Assembly: GCF_044704955.1 (NCBI RefSeq) | Contig: NW_027254394.1 | Span: 186,001 to 250,000 of the forward strand | Direction: 5' to 3' | DNA: 64,000 nucleotides | DNA from: Pristiophorus japonicus | Taxonomy: Eukaryota | In this document: in pieces, positions 39,178 through 52,363 of the stretch | Numbering within the stretch: position 1 is the stretch's first letter | Layout of the letters: each line of letters opens with the position of its first letter | Translations under genes and position numbers: made by a program | Notes under the pieces: model-generated | Database searches by the model: none | Told to the model about the DNA's origin: nothing | What the model saw: the letters and a program-made list of their open reading frames with translations, nothing else

Positions 39178-39889
39178 ACTTGGACGTGGGTGCACAGGGC
39201 ACAATTTCAAAATGTACAGATGACACAATATCTGGAAGTACAGTAAACAGTGAGGAGGATAGTGACAGACCAGGAAGACATAGACAGGCTGGTGAAATGG
39301 GCGGACAGGTCGCTGATTAACACAGAAAAGTGTGAAGTGATACGGGAGAGAGGGACTCACTGAAGTGCTCTGACAGAGAGCCAGCACAGGCTCGACGGGC
39401 CGAATGGCCTCCCTCTGTGCTGTAACCATTCCAGGATTCTATTCTATGGTTCTAATTAAATAAATCTGGAATAAAAATCTAGTATCAGTAATGGTGACCA
39501 TGAAACTACCAGATTCTGGTTCCCCAATGTCCTTTAGGGAATGAAATCTGGCCGATATGTGACTCCAGACCACAGCAATGTGGTTGAGTTCTAACTGCCC
39601 TCTGACATGACCGAGCAAGACACACAGTTGTAACAAACTGCGGCCAAGAAATATACTCACTGTGGGAGTAGCATCACCTCACGGGCTGCACCTTCCCAAG
39701 GGCAATAAATGCTCTTTGTGAACGATTAAAAAATCATCGGCCATCTCTGGCCACCTGCTGCAGACACTCTCACCCTGACTTTATCACTTCAAGACTCGAC
39801 TATTGCAGTGCTCTCCTGGTTGGCCTCACATCCTCCGTCCAACATAAACTTTAGCTCATCCATAACTCTGCTTGCCTATCCTACACTGC

Positions 39890-40410
39890 AGCACTCCCCA
39901 CACACACTGCGTCACTCCCCACATACACTGCGTCACTCCCCACATACACACACACACTGCGTCACTCCCCACACACACTGCGTCACTCCCCACACACATA
40001 CACACACAATCCCCACACACATACACCCAATACACATACACACACTCCCCACACACATACACCCCATACACATACACACACTCCCCACACACACACACTC
40101 CCCACGCGCGTGCACTCCCCAAACATACATTCCCCCCCCACGCACACACACACACTCCCCGCACACACACACACTCCCCGCACACACACACACTCCCCGC
40201 ACACACACACACTCCCCGCACACACACACCCCATACACACACACACACACTCTCCACACACACACACTCCCCACTCGCGTGCACACTCCCCAAACATACA
40301 CTCCCCCCCCGACACACACCCAAACACCCACACACACTGTGTCGCTCCCCATACACACTGTGTCACCCCCCACACACACACTCCCCACACACACTGCGTC
40401 ACTCCCCACG
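39890..40410. repeat. CA-rich compound microsatellite
   Basis: Read directly from the sequence. Confidence 0.9.
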
Positions 40411-40588
40411 TGTACTACATCATGAGTCCGGTTTGTGTGGTATAAATGCAGCATTAAATGTTCACATATGAAGTAGGTTGACCCTGTGTCCGTTGCTTCA
40501 CCTGGGAGCAGTGAGCTGCAACACATCTACACAGCACCAACTCCAAGGTTAACGTTCCAATGGGGGTAACTGAACTCTGTCTGCTCAC

Positions 40589-40618
40589 CAGTGGGAGTGG
40601 GTTTGAAATCGGCCGCGG
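40589..40618 (-). CDS. Receptor exon: cytoplasmic exon 2 (phase 1-1)
   Basis: Acceptor caatctccatccctccag|, donor CTG|gtgagc, 30 nt. Encodes (A)AADFKPTPT. Confidence 0.6.
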
Positions 40619-41010
40619 CTGGAGGGATGGAGATTGTGTCTGTGTGTCCGTCTCCACGTGGCTCTTACAGATCTCAGTACAACACGTCCCTCACTGGACA
40701 CTAAACATCAACATTGCTGAGAGAGGCGGCAAGAATTGAAGTAGAAATTGTTCCAGTGGTGAGCTCTGTTCCAAGTCTGAGGGTGAGGCACATTAGTGAT
40801 GCCCGACAGAGGGAGCTTTACTCCACAGCTGACTCTCCTATATCTTAGCCAGCTTGATGCAGCTATTGAGTGCTTGAAATGGGAAAGTGTTCCATTTTTC
40901 AGAGATAACAACAAGTAGAAGATTCATCCGATTGATTTTTAGAAACATCACAAAACAATAAATATTATTCGGACTGATCAGCGGAATGAGTAATGAATTG
41001 GGTTTCTTAC

Positions 41011-41054
41011 CACTGACTGTTGCATACACCGGGTTAAGCTCTCCAGCGGGGGGC
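41011..41054 (-). CDS. Receptor exon: cytoplasmic exon 1 with tyrosine motif (phase 2-1)
   Basis: Strong acceptor ctttctgtttctgcaccatctccctag|, donor GTG|gtaaga, 44 nt. Encodes (G)PPAGELNPVYATVS in the frame set by the TM exon. Confidence 0.78.
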
Positions 41055-41096
41055 CTAGGGAGATGGTGCAGAAACAGAAAGTCAATGATTCATTTA

Positions 41097-44000
41097 CAGC
41101 ATAAATATCAGTGAATGTTTCTGTACAACAACTTCACACTGGCACTGCTGTGAGCATAAATATCAGTGAATGTTTCTGTACAACTTTACACTGGCACTGC
41201 TGTGAGCATAAATATCAGTGAATGTTTCTGTACAACAACTTCACACTGGCACTGCTGTGAGTATAAATATCAGTGAATGTTTCTGTACAACTTCACACTG
41301 GCACTGCTGTGAGCAAAATATCAGTGAATGTTTCTGTACAACAACTTCACACTGGCACTGCTGTGAGCATAAATATCAGTGAATGTTTTTGTCCAACAAC
41401 TTCACACTGGCACTGCTGTGAGCATAAATATCAGTGAATGTTTCTGTCCAACAACTTCACACTGGCACTGCTGTGAGCATAAATATCAGTGAATGTTTCT
41501 GTCCAACAACTTCACACTGGCACTGCTGTGAGTATAAATATCAGTGAATGTTTCTGTACAACAACTTCACACTGGCACTGCTGTGAGCATAAATATCAGT
41601 GAATGTTTCTGTAGATCAACTTCACACTGGCACTGCTGTGAGCATAAATATCAGTGAATGTTTCTGTACAATTTCATACTGGCACTGCTGTGAGCATAAA
41701 TATCAGTGAATGTTTCTGTAGATCAACTTCACACTGGCACTGCTGTGAGCATAAATATCAGTGAATGTTTCTGTACAACTTCACACTGGCACTGCTGTGA
41801 GCATAAATATCAGTGAATGTTTCTGTACAACTTCACACTGGCACTGCTGTGAGTATAAATATCAGTGAATGTTTCTGTACAACTTCACACTGGCACTGCT
41901 GTGAGCATAAATATCAGTGAATGTTTCTGTACAACAACTTCACACTGGCACTGCTGTGAGCATAAATATCAGTGAATGTCTCTGTACAACTTCACACTGG
42001 CACTGCTATGAGCATAAATATCAGTGAATGTTTCTGTACAACTTCACACTGGCACTGCTGTGAGCATAAATATCAGTGAATGTTTCTGTACAACAACTTC
42101 ACACTGGCACTGCTGTGAGCATAAATATCAGTGAATGTTTCTGTACAACTTCACACTGGCACTGCTGTGAGCATAAATATCAGTGAATGTTTCTGTACAA
42201 CTTCACACTGGCACTGCTGTGAGCATAAATATCAGTGAATGTTTCTGTACAACTTCACACTGGCACTGCTGTGAGCATAAATATCAGTGAATGTTTCTGT
42301 ACAACAACTTCACACTGGCACTGCTGTGAGCATAAATATCAGTGAATGTTTCTGTACAACTTCACACTGGCACTGCTGTGAGCATAAATATCAGTGAATG
42401 TTTCTGTACAACTTCACACTGGCACTGCTGTGAGCATAAATATCAGTGAATGTTTCTGTACAACTTCACACTGGCACTGCTGTGAGCATAAATATCAGTG
42501 AATGTTTCTGTACAACTTCACACTGGCACTGCTGTGAGCATAAATATCAGTGAATGTTTCTGTACAACAACTTCACACTGGCACTGCTGTGAGCATAAAT
42601 ATCAGTGAATGTTTCTGTACAACTTCACACTGGCACTGCTGTGAGCATAAATATCAGTGAATGTTTCTGTACAACAACTTCACACTGGCACTGCTTTGAG
42701 CATAAATATCAGTGAATGTTTCTGTACAACTTCACACTGGCACTGCTGTGAGTATAAATATCAGTGAATGTTTCTGTACAACTTCACACTGGCACTGCTG
42801 TGAGCATAAATATCAGTGAATGTTTCTGTACAACTTCACACTGGCACTGCTGTGAGCATAAATATCAGTGAATGTTTCTGTACAACTTCACACTGGCACT
42901 GCTGTGAGCATAAATATCAGTGAATGTCTCTGTACAACTTCACACTGGCACTGCTGTGAGCATAAATATCAGTGAATGTTTCTGTACAACTTCACACTGG
43001 CACTGCTGTGAGCATAAATATCAGTGAATGTTTCTGTACAACTTCACACTGGCACTGCTGTGAGCATAAATATCAGTGAATGTTTCTGTACAACAACTTC
43101 ACACTGGCACTGCTGTGAGCATAAATATCAGTGAATGTTTCTGTACAACTTCACACTGGCACTGCTGTGAGCATAAATATCAATGAATGTCTCTGTACAA
43201 CTTCACACTGGCACTGCTGTGAGCATAAATATCAGTGAATGTTTCTGTACAACTTCACACTGGCACTGCTGTGAGCATAAATATCAGTGAATGTTTCTGT
43301 ACAACTTCACACTGGCACTGCTGTGAGCATAAATATCAGTGAATGTTTCTGTACAACTTCACACTGGGACTGCTGTGAGCATAAATATCAGTGAATGTTT
43401 CTGTACAACTTCACACTGGGACTGCTGTGAGCATAAATATCAGTGAATGTTTCTGTACAACTTCACACTGGCACTGCTGTGAGTATAAATATCAGTGAAT
43501 GTCTCTGTACAACTTCACACTGGCACTGCTGTGAGCATAAATATCAGTGAATGTCTCTGTACAACTTCACACTGGCACTGCTGTGAGCATAAATATCAGT
43601 GAATGTTTCTGTACAACAACTTCACACTGGCACTGCTGTGAGCATAAATATCAGTGAATGTTTCTGTACAACAACTTCACACTGGCACTGCTGTGAGCAT
43701 AAATATCAGTGAATGTTTCTGTACAACAACTTCACACTGGCACTGCTGTGAGCATAAATATCAGTGAATGTCTCTGTACAACTTCACACTGGCACTGCTG
43801 TGAGCATAAATATCAGTGAATATTTCTGTACAACAACTTCACACTGGCACTGCTGTGAGCATAAATATCAGTGAATGTTTCTGTACAACAACTTCACACT
43901 GGCACTGCTGTGAGCATAAATATCAGTGAATGTCTCTGTACAACTTCACACTGGCACTGCTGTGAGCATAAATATCAGTGAATGTTTCTGTACAACAACT

Positions 44001-45756
44001 TCACACTGGCACTGCTGTGAGCATAAATATCAGTGAATGTCTCTGTACAACTTCACACTGGCACTGCTGTGAGCATAAATATCAGTGAATGTCTCTGTAC
44101 AACTTCACACTGGCACTGCTGTGAGCATAAATATCAGTGAATGTTTCTGTACAACTTCACACTGGCACTGCTGTGAGCATAAATATCAGTGAATGTTTCT
44201 GTACAACAACTTCACACTGGCACTGCTGTGAGCATAAATATCAGTGAATGTCTCTGTACAACTTCACACTGGCACTGCTGTGAGCATAAATATCAGTGAA
44301 TGTTTCTGTACAACTTCACACTGGCACTGCTGTGAGCATAAATATCAGTGAATGTTTCTGTACAACTTCACACTGGGACTGCTGTGAGCATAAATATCAG
44401 TGAATGTTTCTGTACAACTTCACACTGGGACTGCTGTGAGCATAAATATCAGTGAATGTCTCTGTACAACTTCACACTGGCACTGCTGTGAGCATAAATA
44501 TCAGTGAATGTCTCTGTACAACTTCACACTGGCACTGCTGTGAGCATAAATATCAGTGAATGTTTCTGTACAACTTCACACTGGCACTGCTGTGAGCATA
44601 AATATCAGTGAATGTTTCTGTACAACAACTTCACACTGGCACTGCTGTGAGCATAAATATCAGTGAATGTCTCTGTACAACTTCACACTGGCACTGCTGT
44701 GAGCATAAATATCAGTGAATGTCTCTGTACAACTTCACACTGGCACTGCTGTGAGCATAAATATCAGTGAATGTCTCTGTACAACTTCACACTGGCACTG
44801 CTGTGAGCATAAATATCAGTGAATGTCTCTGTACAACAACTTCACACTGACACTGCTGTGAGCATAAATATCAGTGAATGTCTCTGTACAACTTCACACT
44901 GGCACTGCTGTGAGCATAAATATCAGTGAATGTTTCTGTACAACTTCACACTGGCACTGCTGTGAGCATAAATATCAGTGAATGTTTCTGTACAACTTCA
45001 CACTGGCACTGCTGTGAGCATAAATATCAGTGAATGTTTCTGTACAACAACTTCACACTGGCACTGCTGTGAGCATAAATATCAGTGAATGTCTCTGTAC
45101 AACTTCACACTGGCACTGCTGTGAGCATAAATATCAGTGAATGTTCCTGTACAACTTCACACTGGCACTGCTGTGAGCATAAATATCAGTGAATGTCTCT
45201 GTACAACAACTTCACACTGGCACTGCTGTGAGCATAAATATCAGTGAATGTTCCTGTACAACTTCACACTGGCACTGCTGTGAGCATAAATATCAGTGAA
45301 TGTTTCTGTACAACAACTTCACACTGGCACTGCTGTGAGCATAAATATCAGTGAATGTTTCTGTACAACTTCACACTGGCACTGCTGTGAGCATAAATAT
45401 CAGTGAATGTTTCTGTACAACTTCACACTGGCACTGCTGTGAGCATAAATATCAGTGAATGTCTCTGTACAACTTCACACTGGGACTGCTGTGAGCATAA
45501 ATATCAGTGAATGTTTCTGTACAACTTCACACTGGCACTGCTGTGAGCATAAATATCAGTGAATGTCTCTGTACAACTTCACACTGGCACTGCTGTGAGC
45601 ATAAATATCAGTGAATGTTTCTGTACAACTTCACACTGGCACTGCTGTGAGCATAAATATCAGTGAATGTTTCTGTACAACTTCACACTGGCACTGCTGT
45701 GAGCATAAATATCAGTGAATGTCTCTGTACAACTTCACACTGGGACTGCTGTGAGC
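41097..45756. repeat. 52/55-bp minisatellite GCATAAATATCAGTGAATGTTTCTGTACAA(CAA)CTTCACACTGGCACTGCTGTGA (roughly 85-90 copies)
   Basis: Highly homogeneous tandem array with no spacers. Confidence 0.97.
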
Positions 45757-45879
45757 AGGAAAGAGCACAGAAGCTTCAAAGAACGTCTCTCTCTTAAAAT
45801 GAAATTCTGCACAAGTCATGACCGTTTGGTTGATGTTCGATCGACTCCTGATTGAAGTGGGTTATGTTTGTCTCCTATA

Positions 45880-46510
45880 CATAACAACAACAACTTGTAT
45901 TTATATAGTGCCTTTAACGTAGTGAATGTCCCAAGGTGCTTCACAGGAGTATTATTTGAGATAAAGAATTTGACACTGAGCCACATAAGTAGAAATTGGT
46001 GCAGGTGACCAAAAGCTTGTTCAAAGAGTTAGGTTTTAAGGAGCGTCTTGAAGGAGGAAGGAGAGGTAGAGAGGCGGAGAGGTCTAGGCAGGGAGTTCCA
46101 GAGCTTGGGGCCCAGGCAACAGAAGGTCAGCGAGCACAGGGGTGATGAGTGAGCAGGACTTGGTGCGAGTTCGGACACGGGCTGCCGAGTTTTGGATTAC
46201 CTCTAGTTTACGTAGGGTATAATATGGGAGATCAGCCAGGAGTGCTTTGGAATAGTCAAGTCTCGAGGTAACAAAGGCATGGATGAGGGTTTCAGCAGCG
46301 GATGAGCTGAGGCAAGGGCGGAGATGGGTGATGTTACGGAGGTGGAAATAGGCGGTTGTAGTTATGCTGTGGCTATGTGGTTGAAAGCTCATTTCAGGGT
46401 CAAATATGACACCAAGGTTGTGAACAGTCTGGTTCAACCTCAGGCAGAAGTTGGAGAGAGGGATGGAGTCAGTGGCTAGGGAACAGAGTTTGTGGCAGGG
46501 ACCGAAAACA
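45880..46510 (-). mobile_element. L2 LINE 3' fragment
   Basis: LRLNQTVHNLGVIFDPEMSF...IHAFVTSRLDYS with an (AAC)n tail. Confidence 0.85.
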
Positions 46511-46514
46511 ATGA

Positions 46515-47200
46515 ACACAAGAACATAAGAAATAGGAGCAGGAGTAGGCCATACAACCCCTCGAGCCTGCTCCGCCATTTAATATGATCATGGCTGATCC
46601 GATCATGGACTCAGGTCCACTTCCCTGTCCGTTCCCCATAACCCCTTATGCCCTTATCAGTTAAGAAACTGTCTATCTCTGTCTTAAATATATTCAATGC
46701 CCCAGCTTCCACAGCTCTCTGAGGCAGCGAATTCCACAGATTTACAACCCTCTGAGGGAAGAAATTCCTCCTCATCTCAGTTTTAAATGGGCCGTCCCTT
46801 ATACTAAGATTATGCCTCCTAGTTCTCGTCTCCTGTATCAGTGGAAACATCCTCTCTGCATCCACCTTGTCATAGAAAAACATAGAAACATAGAAAATAG
46901 GTGCAAGAGTAGGCCATTCGGCCCTTCGAGCCTGCACCACCATTCAATGAGTTCATGGCTGAACATGCAACTTCATAACCCCATTCCTGCTTTCTTGCCA
47001 TACCCCTTGATCCCCCTAGTAGTAAGGACTACATCTAACTCCTTTTTGAATATATTTAGTGAATTGGCCTCAACAACTTTCTGTGGTAGAGAATTCCACA
47101 GGTTCACCACTCTCTGGGTGAAGAAACTTCTCCTCATCTCGGTCCTAAATGGCTTACCCCTTATCCTTAGACTGTGGCTTACCCCTTATCCTTAGACTAT
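46515..47200 (-). mobile_element. Two stacked CR1 3' fragments
   Basis: RNFFPQRVVNLWNSLP, and CR1 tails (aagaacat / catagaaa repeats). Confidence 0.88.
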
Positions 47201-47540
47201 GCCTAAGAAAGGCAGAGAGAAATTTGTACATGATCTACATAGCACTCATCCCGGTATTGTCATGATGAAAGCCATTGCCAGGTCTCATGTATGATGACCT
47301 GGAATTGACTCTGATCTGGAATCATGTGTGCATCAGTGCAACACTTGTATGCAGCTAATTAAAGCATCAGCGAAATCGCCGCTGAGTCTGTGGTTGTGGC
47401 CATCTAAACCATGGTCCAGGATCCACATTGACTTTGCAGGTCTCTTCCTGGGAAAGATGTTTTTAGTTGTGGTGGATGCATATTCCAAGTGGATATGGTG
47501 TATAATCATGTCATCCAGTACATCCACAGCTACCATTGAA
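47200..47540 (+). mobile_element. Gypsy integrase fragment
   Basis: HQCNTCMQL...PSKPWSRIHIDFAGLFLGKMFLVVVDAYSKW. Confidence 0.88.
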
Positions 47541-48415
47541 ACATAGAAACATAGAAAATAGGTGCAGGAGAAGGCCATTCGGCCCCTCGAGCCCGTACTG
47601 CCATTCAACGAGTTCATGGCCGAAAATGCAACTCCAGCACCCCACTCCCGCTCCCCCGCCACACCCCCCAATCCTCCCAGTAGCGAGGACCACATCTAAC
47701 TCCTTCCCGAACACATTTAGTGAATTGGCCTCAAAAACTTTCCGTGGTAGAGAATTCCACAGGTCCACCACCCCCCGGGCGAAGAAGTTTCCCCCCCATC
47801 TCGGCCCCAAATGGCCCACCCCCATCCCTAGACCGTGACCCCCGGTCCCGGACCCCACTAACACCAGGAACATCCCTCCCGCATCCAACCTGTCCAAACC
47901 CGCCAGAACCCGAAACATTTCCATGAGATCCCCTCTCACTCCTCCGAACTCCAGCGAATACAAGCCCAGTCGATCCAGCTCCCCCCCCTCACCCAGACAC
48001 GTCAGTCCCACCATCCCGGGAATCAATCCGGTGAACCCTCGCTGTACCCTCTCAACAGCAAGAGTGTCCCCCCTCAAGTCAGGAGACCAAAACTGCACAC
48101 AACACTCCAGGCACAGCCTCACCAGGGCCCTGCACAACCGCAGCAACACCTCCCCAACCCTGCACTCAAATCCCCCCGCCATAAAGGCCAACACGCCACC
48201 CGCCCTCCCAACCGCCTGCCGTACCTGCATGCCAACCCCCAGTGACCGATGTCCCATGACACCCAGGTCTCGTTGCACCTCCCCTTTTCCTAATCTGTCA
48301 CCATTCAGATAATAGTCTGTCTCTCTGTTTTTACCACCAAAGTGGATAACCTCACATTTATCCACATTATACTTCATCTGCCATGCATTTGCCCACTTAC
48401 CTAACCTATCCAAGT
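47540..48415 (-). mobile_element. CR1 3' fragment with A>G hypermutation
   Basis: RT C-terminus in which K/N/Y/E/I codons are replaced by G/D/C/V codons; dense T>C on the + strand relative to sister copies. Confidence 0.9.
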
Positions 48416-48419
48416 TCAC

Positions 48420-49560
48420 AGCAGCCCACCAAACTGTGCTCCAGCAAATTGTTGGGGATGTTGAGGTGCTGCCCCGGGGGAGTGGCACTGGGTCAGTGGA
48501 GCAGGAACCTGCTGTCCTTTCTCAGTATGACAGCTATCCTGATCCCACCACTGCCACTCCGCCATTGCACTTGTCGCTGGCCGTCATCCAGCCAGCCCAG
48601 ACTGCTGCTGCCCAGCCTGAGGTGGTGGAGTCTACAGCCGAGCCTTCCAGGCCCAGAGCTGGTCGAGGGTGTCCTGCAAGGCCTTCTGTAGTATCTGGCC
48701 CTGACACGCAGCAGTCTTCCACCAGCCGTGCCTCAGCGGAGGAACGCTAGACTAGTTAAAGCAAAAAGGGGATAGAAGGAAATGCACAAGGGTGATTAGT
48801 AAATATATTATGTTATTCTGATATAAATTTGGATTGGAATTTTTAATCTTTGCTGTTGTCTCTCATTTCAGTTTTGGGGCTTTGGAATGGAAGGGAAAAT
48901 GGATGTGGTCATGGGGACGTCCAAAGGAACCGGGAAGTGGGATGGAACTCTGATGAGACGGTCACGGATCTTAGAATCTTATACGTATCGAAACGATCAC
49001 CTCTCATTCTTCTGAATGCCAATGAGTAGAGGCCCAACCTGTGATGCAGACAGTTTCCATCTGACAGTGCAGAATTAGGTATTAGCAGGCAATAGGCTGG
49101 GCCGCTGTGGTAGTTGAGTTAGTGCAGAGGTCTATGTTGGTAAGGGTGTATTGGGCCAGTGTATTTTGTAGATGGGGTCAGGACTAGAAAAGCATTGGTG
49201 CATCTTGGAGATGAATGATCCCGGTGACTGCGTGCATCATGTTGTGTCTTTGATCCCGCTTGTCACAATGATGTCAGGAACCAGAGCTCAGAGGATAGCC
49301 TTTGTCTCTCAGGAGCCATGATCCCAGTCTGCCTTCTCCTTGAAAGAGTTTAGGCACAGTGGACGGTCTTAAAATGGAGGGATCAGAACATTCACCGCAT
49401 GATGAGCTGGTCACTGAACTGCACATTGAGGGGGTTAGAAACCCCTGGAGTTCAGGAAGACTGTGGTGTAATGTGTAGGGTCCAAAGTGGGCACGGATAC
49501 CAACAACAATGCCTTGGACTTTGGCGAATCCTGTGATATGGAATAATTCCAATGCAGTGC
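48420..49560. mobile_element. PIF/Harbinger transposon remnant
   Basis: Minus ORF 49274-49552 GFAKVQG...DPSILRPSTVPKLF...WLLRDKGYPL resembles HARBI1-type DDE motifs (GFPxVQG, HDAFIL, LLGDKGYPL). The convergent P/S/T-rich ORF end at 48436-48750 may be the second Harbinger gene. Confidence 0.65.
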
Positions 49561-50449
49561 ATCACAACAAATAAAACAAAACTGCACTTTAAAAAATACA
49601 ATCACCAGCCGCAGCTCTCAAATCCCACGTTCATCATCAAAAACGCTGCTGTGGAAAAGCCAGAAGCCCTTTGCGTACCGACCTGCTGAAAGCACTGGCT
49701 CACTTTATGTGGGTGAGCAGAGCACAATGGACATTGCTCCTGGGAAAACTGGGGAATGCTGCTAGCCATCATTAGCATTCATTTCCACAGATTACAAGAT
49801 GTAAAATGGGCTCCTGCACATTTTCCACACGTGCATTAGAGCGGTCTAACAGGATTCCCCGCACTATTTCCTGGCCCAGGTGCCTTTCCGTTATGACCCA
49901 CTGACTGGGAAGTATGGCACCAGATATTCCCAGAGTTACCAAGGATGAGGGGGTCTGTGTTACAAGGATAGGCTCGAGCGACTGAGATGGAATTTTCTTC
50001 AAACAGGAAGATTGAGGGAGGATTTGATCGAGATGTTCAAAGTGATAAAAGGAGTAGATGAGTTACAGACAGATAGACGCTTTACATTGGCAGTTATATG
50101 GAAGACACAAGGCCGTGAGCACATGGACCCCCGGCTGAGCGCACAGCCTGAAGCAGCGCTCCCACCTGGAAAATTCCAGCCGTAAAATTTCAAAGGTGCA
50201 GAAGGAGGGAAGGGCAGAGAGAGAAAACACAACAACAAGAGCACGGGACAGAGATACAGAAGGACAATAAGAGAAAGGGAGGGAAAGGTTGAGATACAGT
50301 CACATGGAGAAAACAGGTGGGACAATGAGAGTGTGTGGCAGCGAGAGAGAGAGAGAGAGAGCGGGCGATACAGATGGACAGAGAGAGGCAGAGGAGAAGG
50401 AGAGAAACACTGAAAGAGAGGGTGTAAAACACAAAACTCCTTTAATTAC

Positions 50450-50514
50450 CTGAGAAGTTGCAGTGTATTTTATAACTGGGTGATTTAATGCTGTTTATGT
50501 TTGTATTTATTGAC
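50450..50514 (-). CDS. Candidate alternative cytoplasmic exon (phase 2-1)
   Basis: Acceptor gttttctcttgctgtacag|, donor CAG|gtaatt, 65 nt, open frame (G)SINTNINSIKSPSYKIHCNFS. Same phase shift as 41011-41054, so only one of the two can be used in frame. Confidence 0.35.
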
Positions 50515-50634
50515 CTGTACAGCAAGAGAAAACCCTCAGTCCCCAGCTAGTCTGCCCCCATTCTTGGGCTGATTCCATCCCCTGCACCAATCAATATCAG
50601 ACTGAAATGAGACAGGAAATGAAACTGTATTTAC

Positions 50635-50779
50635 CCTTCCGCTTTTAATCTGCTTTGAAAACATGCCCATTTTTTCACGTAGAATACTGCGGCTATGAAG
50701 ATGCAGAGTAAGGCGGCTAATACCAGGGCACAGACTGCAATGCTGATGATGATATTCAGAGACCGCTTTTCAGATAACT
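50635..50779 (-). CDS. Receptor exon: transmembrane exon (phase 1-2)
   Basis: Acceptor ttttgatattttacag|, donor GG|gtaaat, 145 nt. Encodes (E)LSEKRSLNIIISIAVCALVLAALLCIFIAAVFYVKKWACFQSRLKAE(G): ~25 hydrophobic residues followed by KK. Phase matches the V2 donor. Confidence 0.88.
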
Positions 50780-50957
50780 CTGTAAAATATCAAAAGGTGA
50801 CGTATAGTTCAATAGCAGTAAGGTGAATCGAGTAAAGACTCGGATTCCTGTCCTTCAGAAAACCAGGTTTAATATAAGCACAACCGAGACAGAGAGCTCC
50901 CCCTCGGTATAACATTAAAACCAGGTTTAATATAAGCACAACCGTTAAGTTCCCTCA

Positions 50958-51493
50958 GTAACCTTTTCCTGCTTTCTCTCCATACCCCTTGATCTCTTTA
51001 GCCGTAAAGGCCATATCTAACTCCCTCTTGAATATATCCAATGAACTGGCATCAACAACTCTCTTTGGCAGGGAATTCCACAGGTTAACTACTCTCTGAG
51101 TGAAGAAGTTTCTCTTCATCTCAGTCCTAAATGGCCTACCCCTTATCCTAAGATTATGTCCCCTGGTTCTGGACTTCCCCAACATCGAGAACATTCTTCC
51201 CACATCTAACCTGTCCAGTCCCGTCAGAATCTTATAAGTCTCTATGAGATCCCCTCTCATCCTTCTAAACTCCAGTGAATTAAGGTCCAGTTGATCCAGT
51301 CTCTCCTCAAATGTCAGTCCAGCCATCCCTGGAATCAGTCTGGTGAACCTTCGCTGCACTCCCTCAATAGCAAGAATGTCCTTCCTCAGATTAGGAGACC
51401 AAAACTGAACACAATATTCCAGGTGATGCCTCACCAAGGCCCTGTACAACTGCAGTAAGACCTCCCTGCTCCGATAATCAAATCCTCTAGCTA
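50958..51493 (-). mobile_element. CR1 3' fragment (unedited)
   Basis: YRALVRHHLEYCVQFWSPNLRKDILAIEGVQRRFTRLIPG. Confidence 0.9.
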
Positions 51494-51496
51494 TGC

Positions 51497-51800
51497 ACTT
51501 GGACTGGGGTAAGGTACTTTGGCTGGGGGAGGGATGTACTTGGTCTGGGGTAAGGTACTTTGACTGGGGGAGGGATATACTTGGACTGGGGTAAGGTACT
51601 TTGGCTGGGGGAGGGATATACCTGGACTGGGGTAAGGTACTTTGGCTGGGGGAGGGATATACTTGGTCTGGGGTAAGGTACTTTGACTGGGGGAGGGATA
51701 TACTTGGTCTGGGGTAAGGTACTTTGACTGGGGGAGGGATATACTTGGACTGGGGTAAGGTACTTTGGCTGGGGGAGGGATGTACCTGGACTGGGGTAAG
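51497..51800. repeat. 41-bp minisatellite ACTTGGACTGGGGTAAGGTACTTTGGCTGGGGGAGGGATAT (about 7 copies)
   Basis: Read directly from the sequence. Confidence 0.9.
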
Positions 51801-52363
51801 GCCCTTGCTGTCTTCTGGGGAGCTCTGTACTCTGTCGCTTCAGGAAGTCAAAGTGGATCGAAGTACAATTTGCAAAGTCAGTGAGACCTTGGGATGGGCG
51901 GTTCCAGTTACACATTCCAGTGAAACTTCAGGGTGTGGCTTATCCTCCACAAGGACCAATCATTGACAAAGGGTGGAGCATGGCGGCCATTTTTGCAGTA
52001 CAAATAAGTGTGCCCATTTCTTTTCCCATGTCTGTTTTCCCCTCTCCCTTCCCTTTTGTTCTGATTGGCCCACACCCAAAATGTCAACTCCTCCGTTTTC
52101 TCCACAAAAAACAGACTGGCCGAGACATTCCGTATGTTTTGTTGTTGTTCCAGAGTTTTGATCCATTCTTACATCGCCACTATTCAACTCTGGCATTTCG
52201 CACATCACTAACAACATTCCCACTCTCTGTTCCACAGCACGACAGTAACCACTGTGTCTGACGGTATATTTCCACTGGTCCACCCCACTGTGTGAAGGTT
52301 ATACATGTTCCCAGTAAGGAGCTGTTACTGTGACCCTGCCAGTGTGAGTTAACATTGACTTAC

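Noticed and set aside
12903-45756. CRISPR-like appearance of the 27-, 44- and 52-bp arrays
   Set aside because: Units are head-to-tail with no unique spacers, there are no cas genes, and the context is vertebrate.
51908-52283. Possible third Ig or C domain between V2 and TM (a VRNARV stretch echoes V1)
   Set aside because: No frame shows Cys-Trp-Cys Ig spacing, and the phase-1 frame stops early.
52286-52292. CACAGTG heptamer downstream of V2 (minus strand)
   Set aside because: It is intronic, ~70 bp past the donor, with no ACAAAAACC-like nonamer at 12 or 23 bp.
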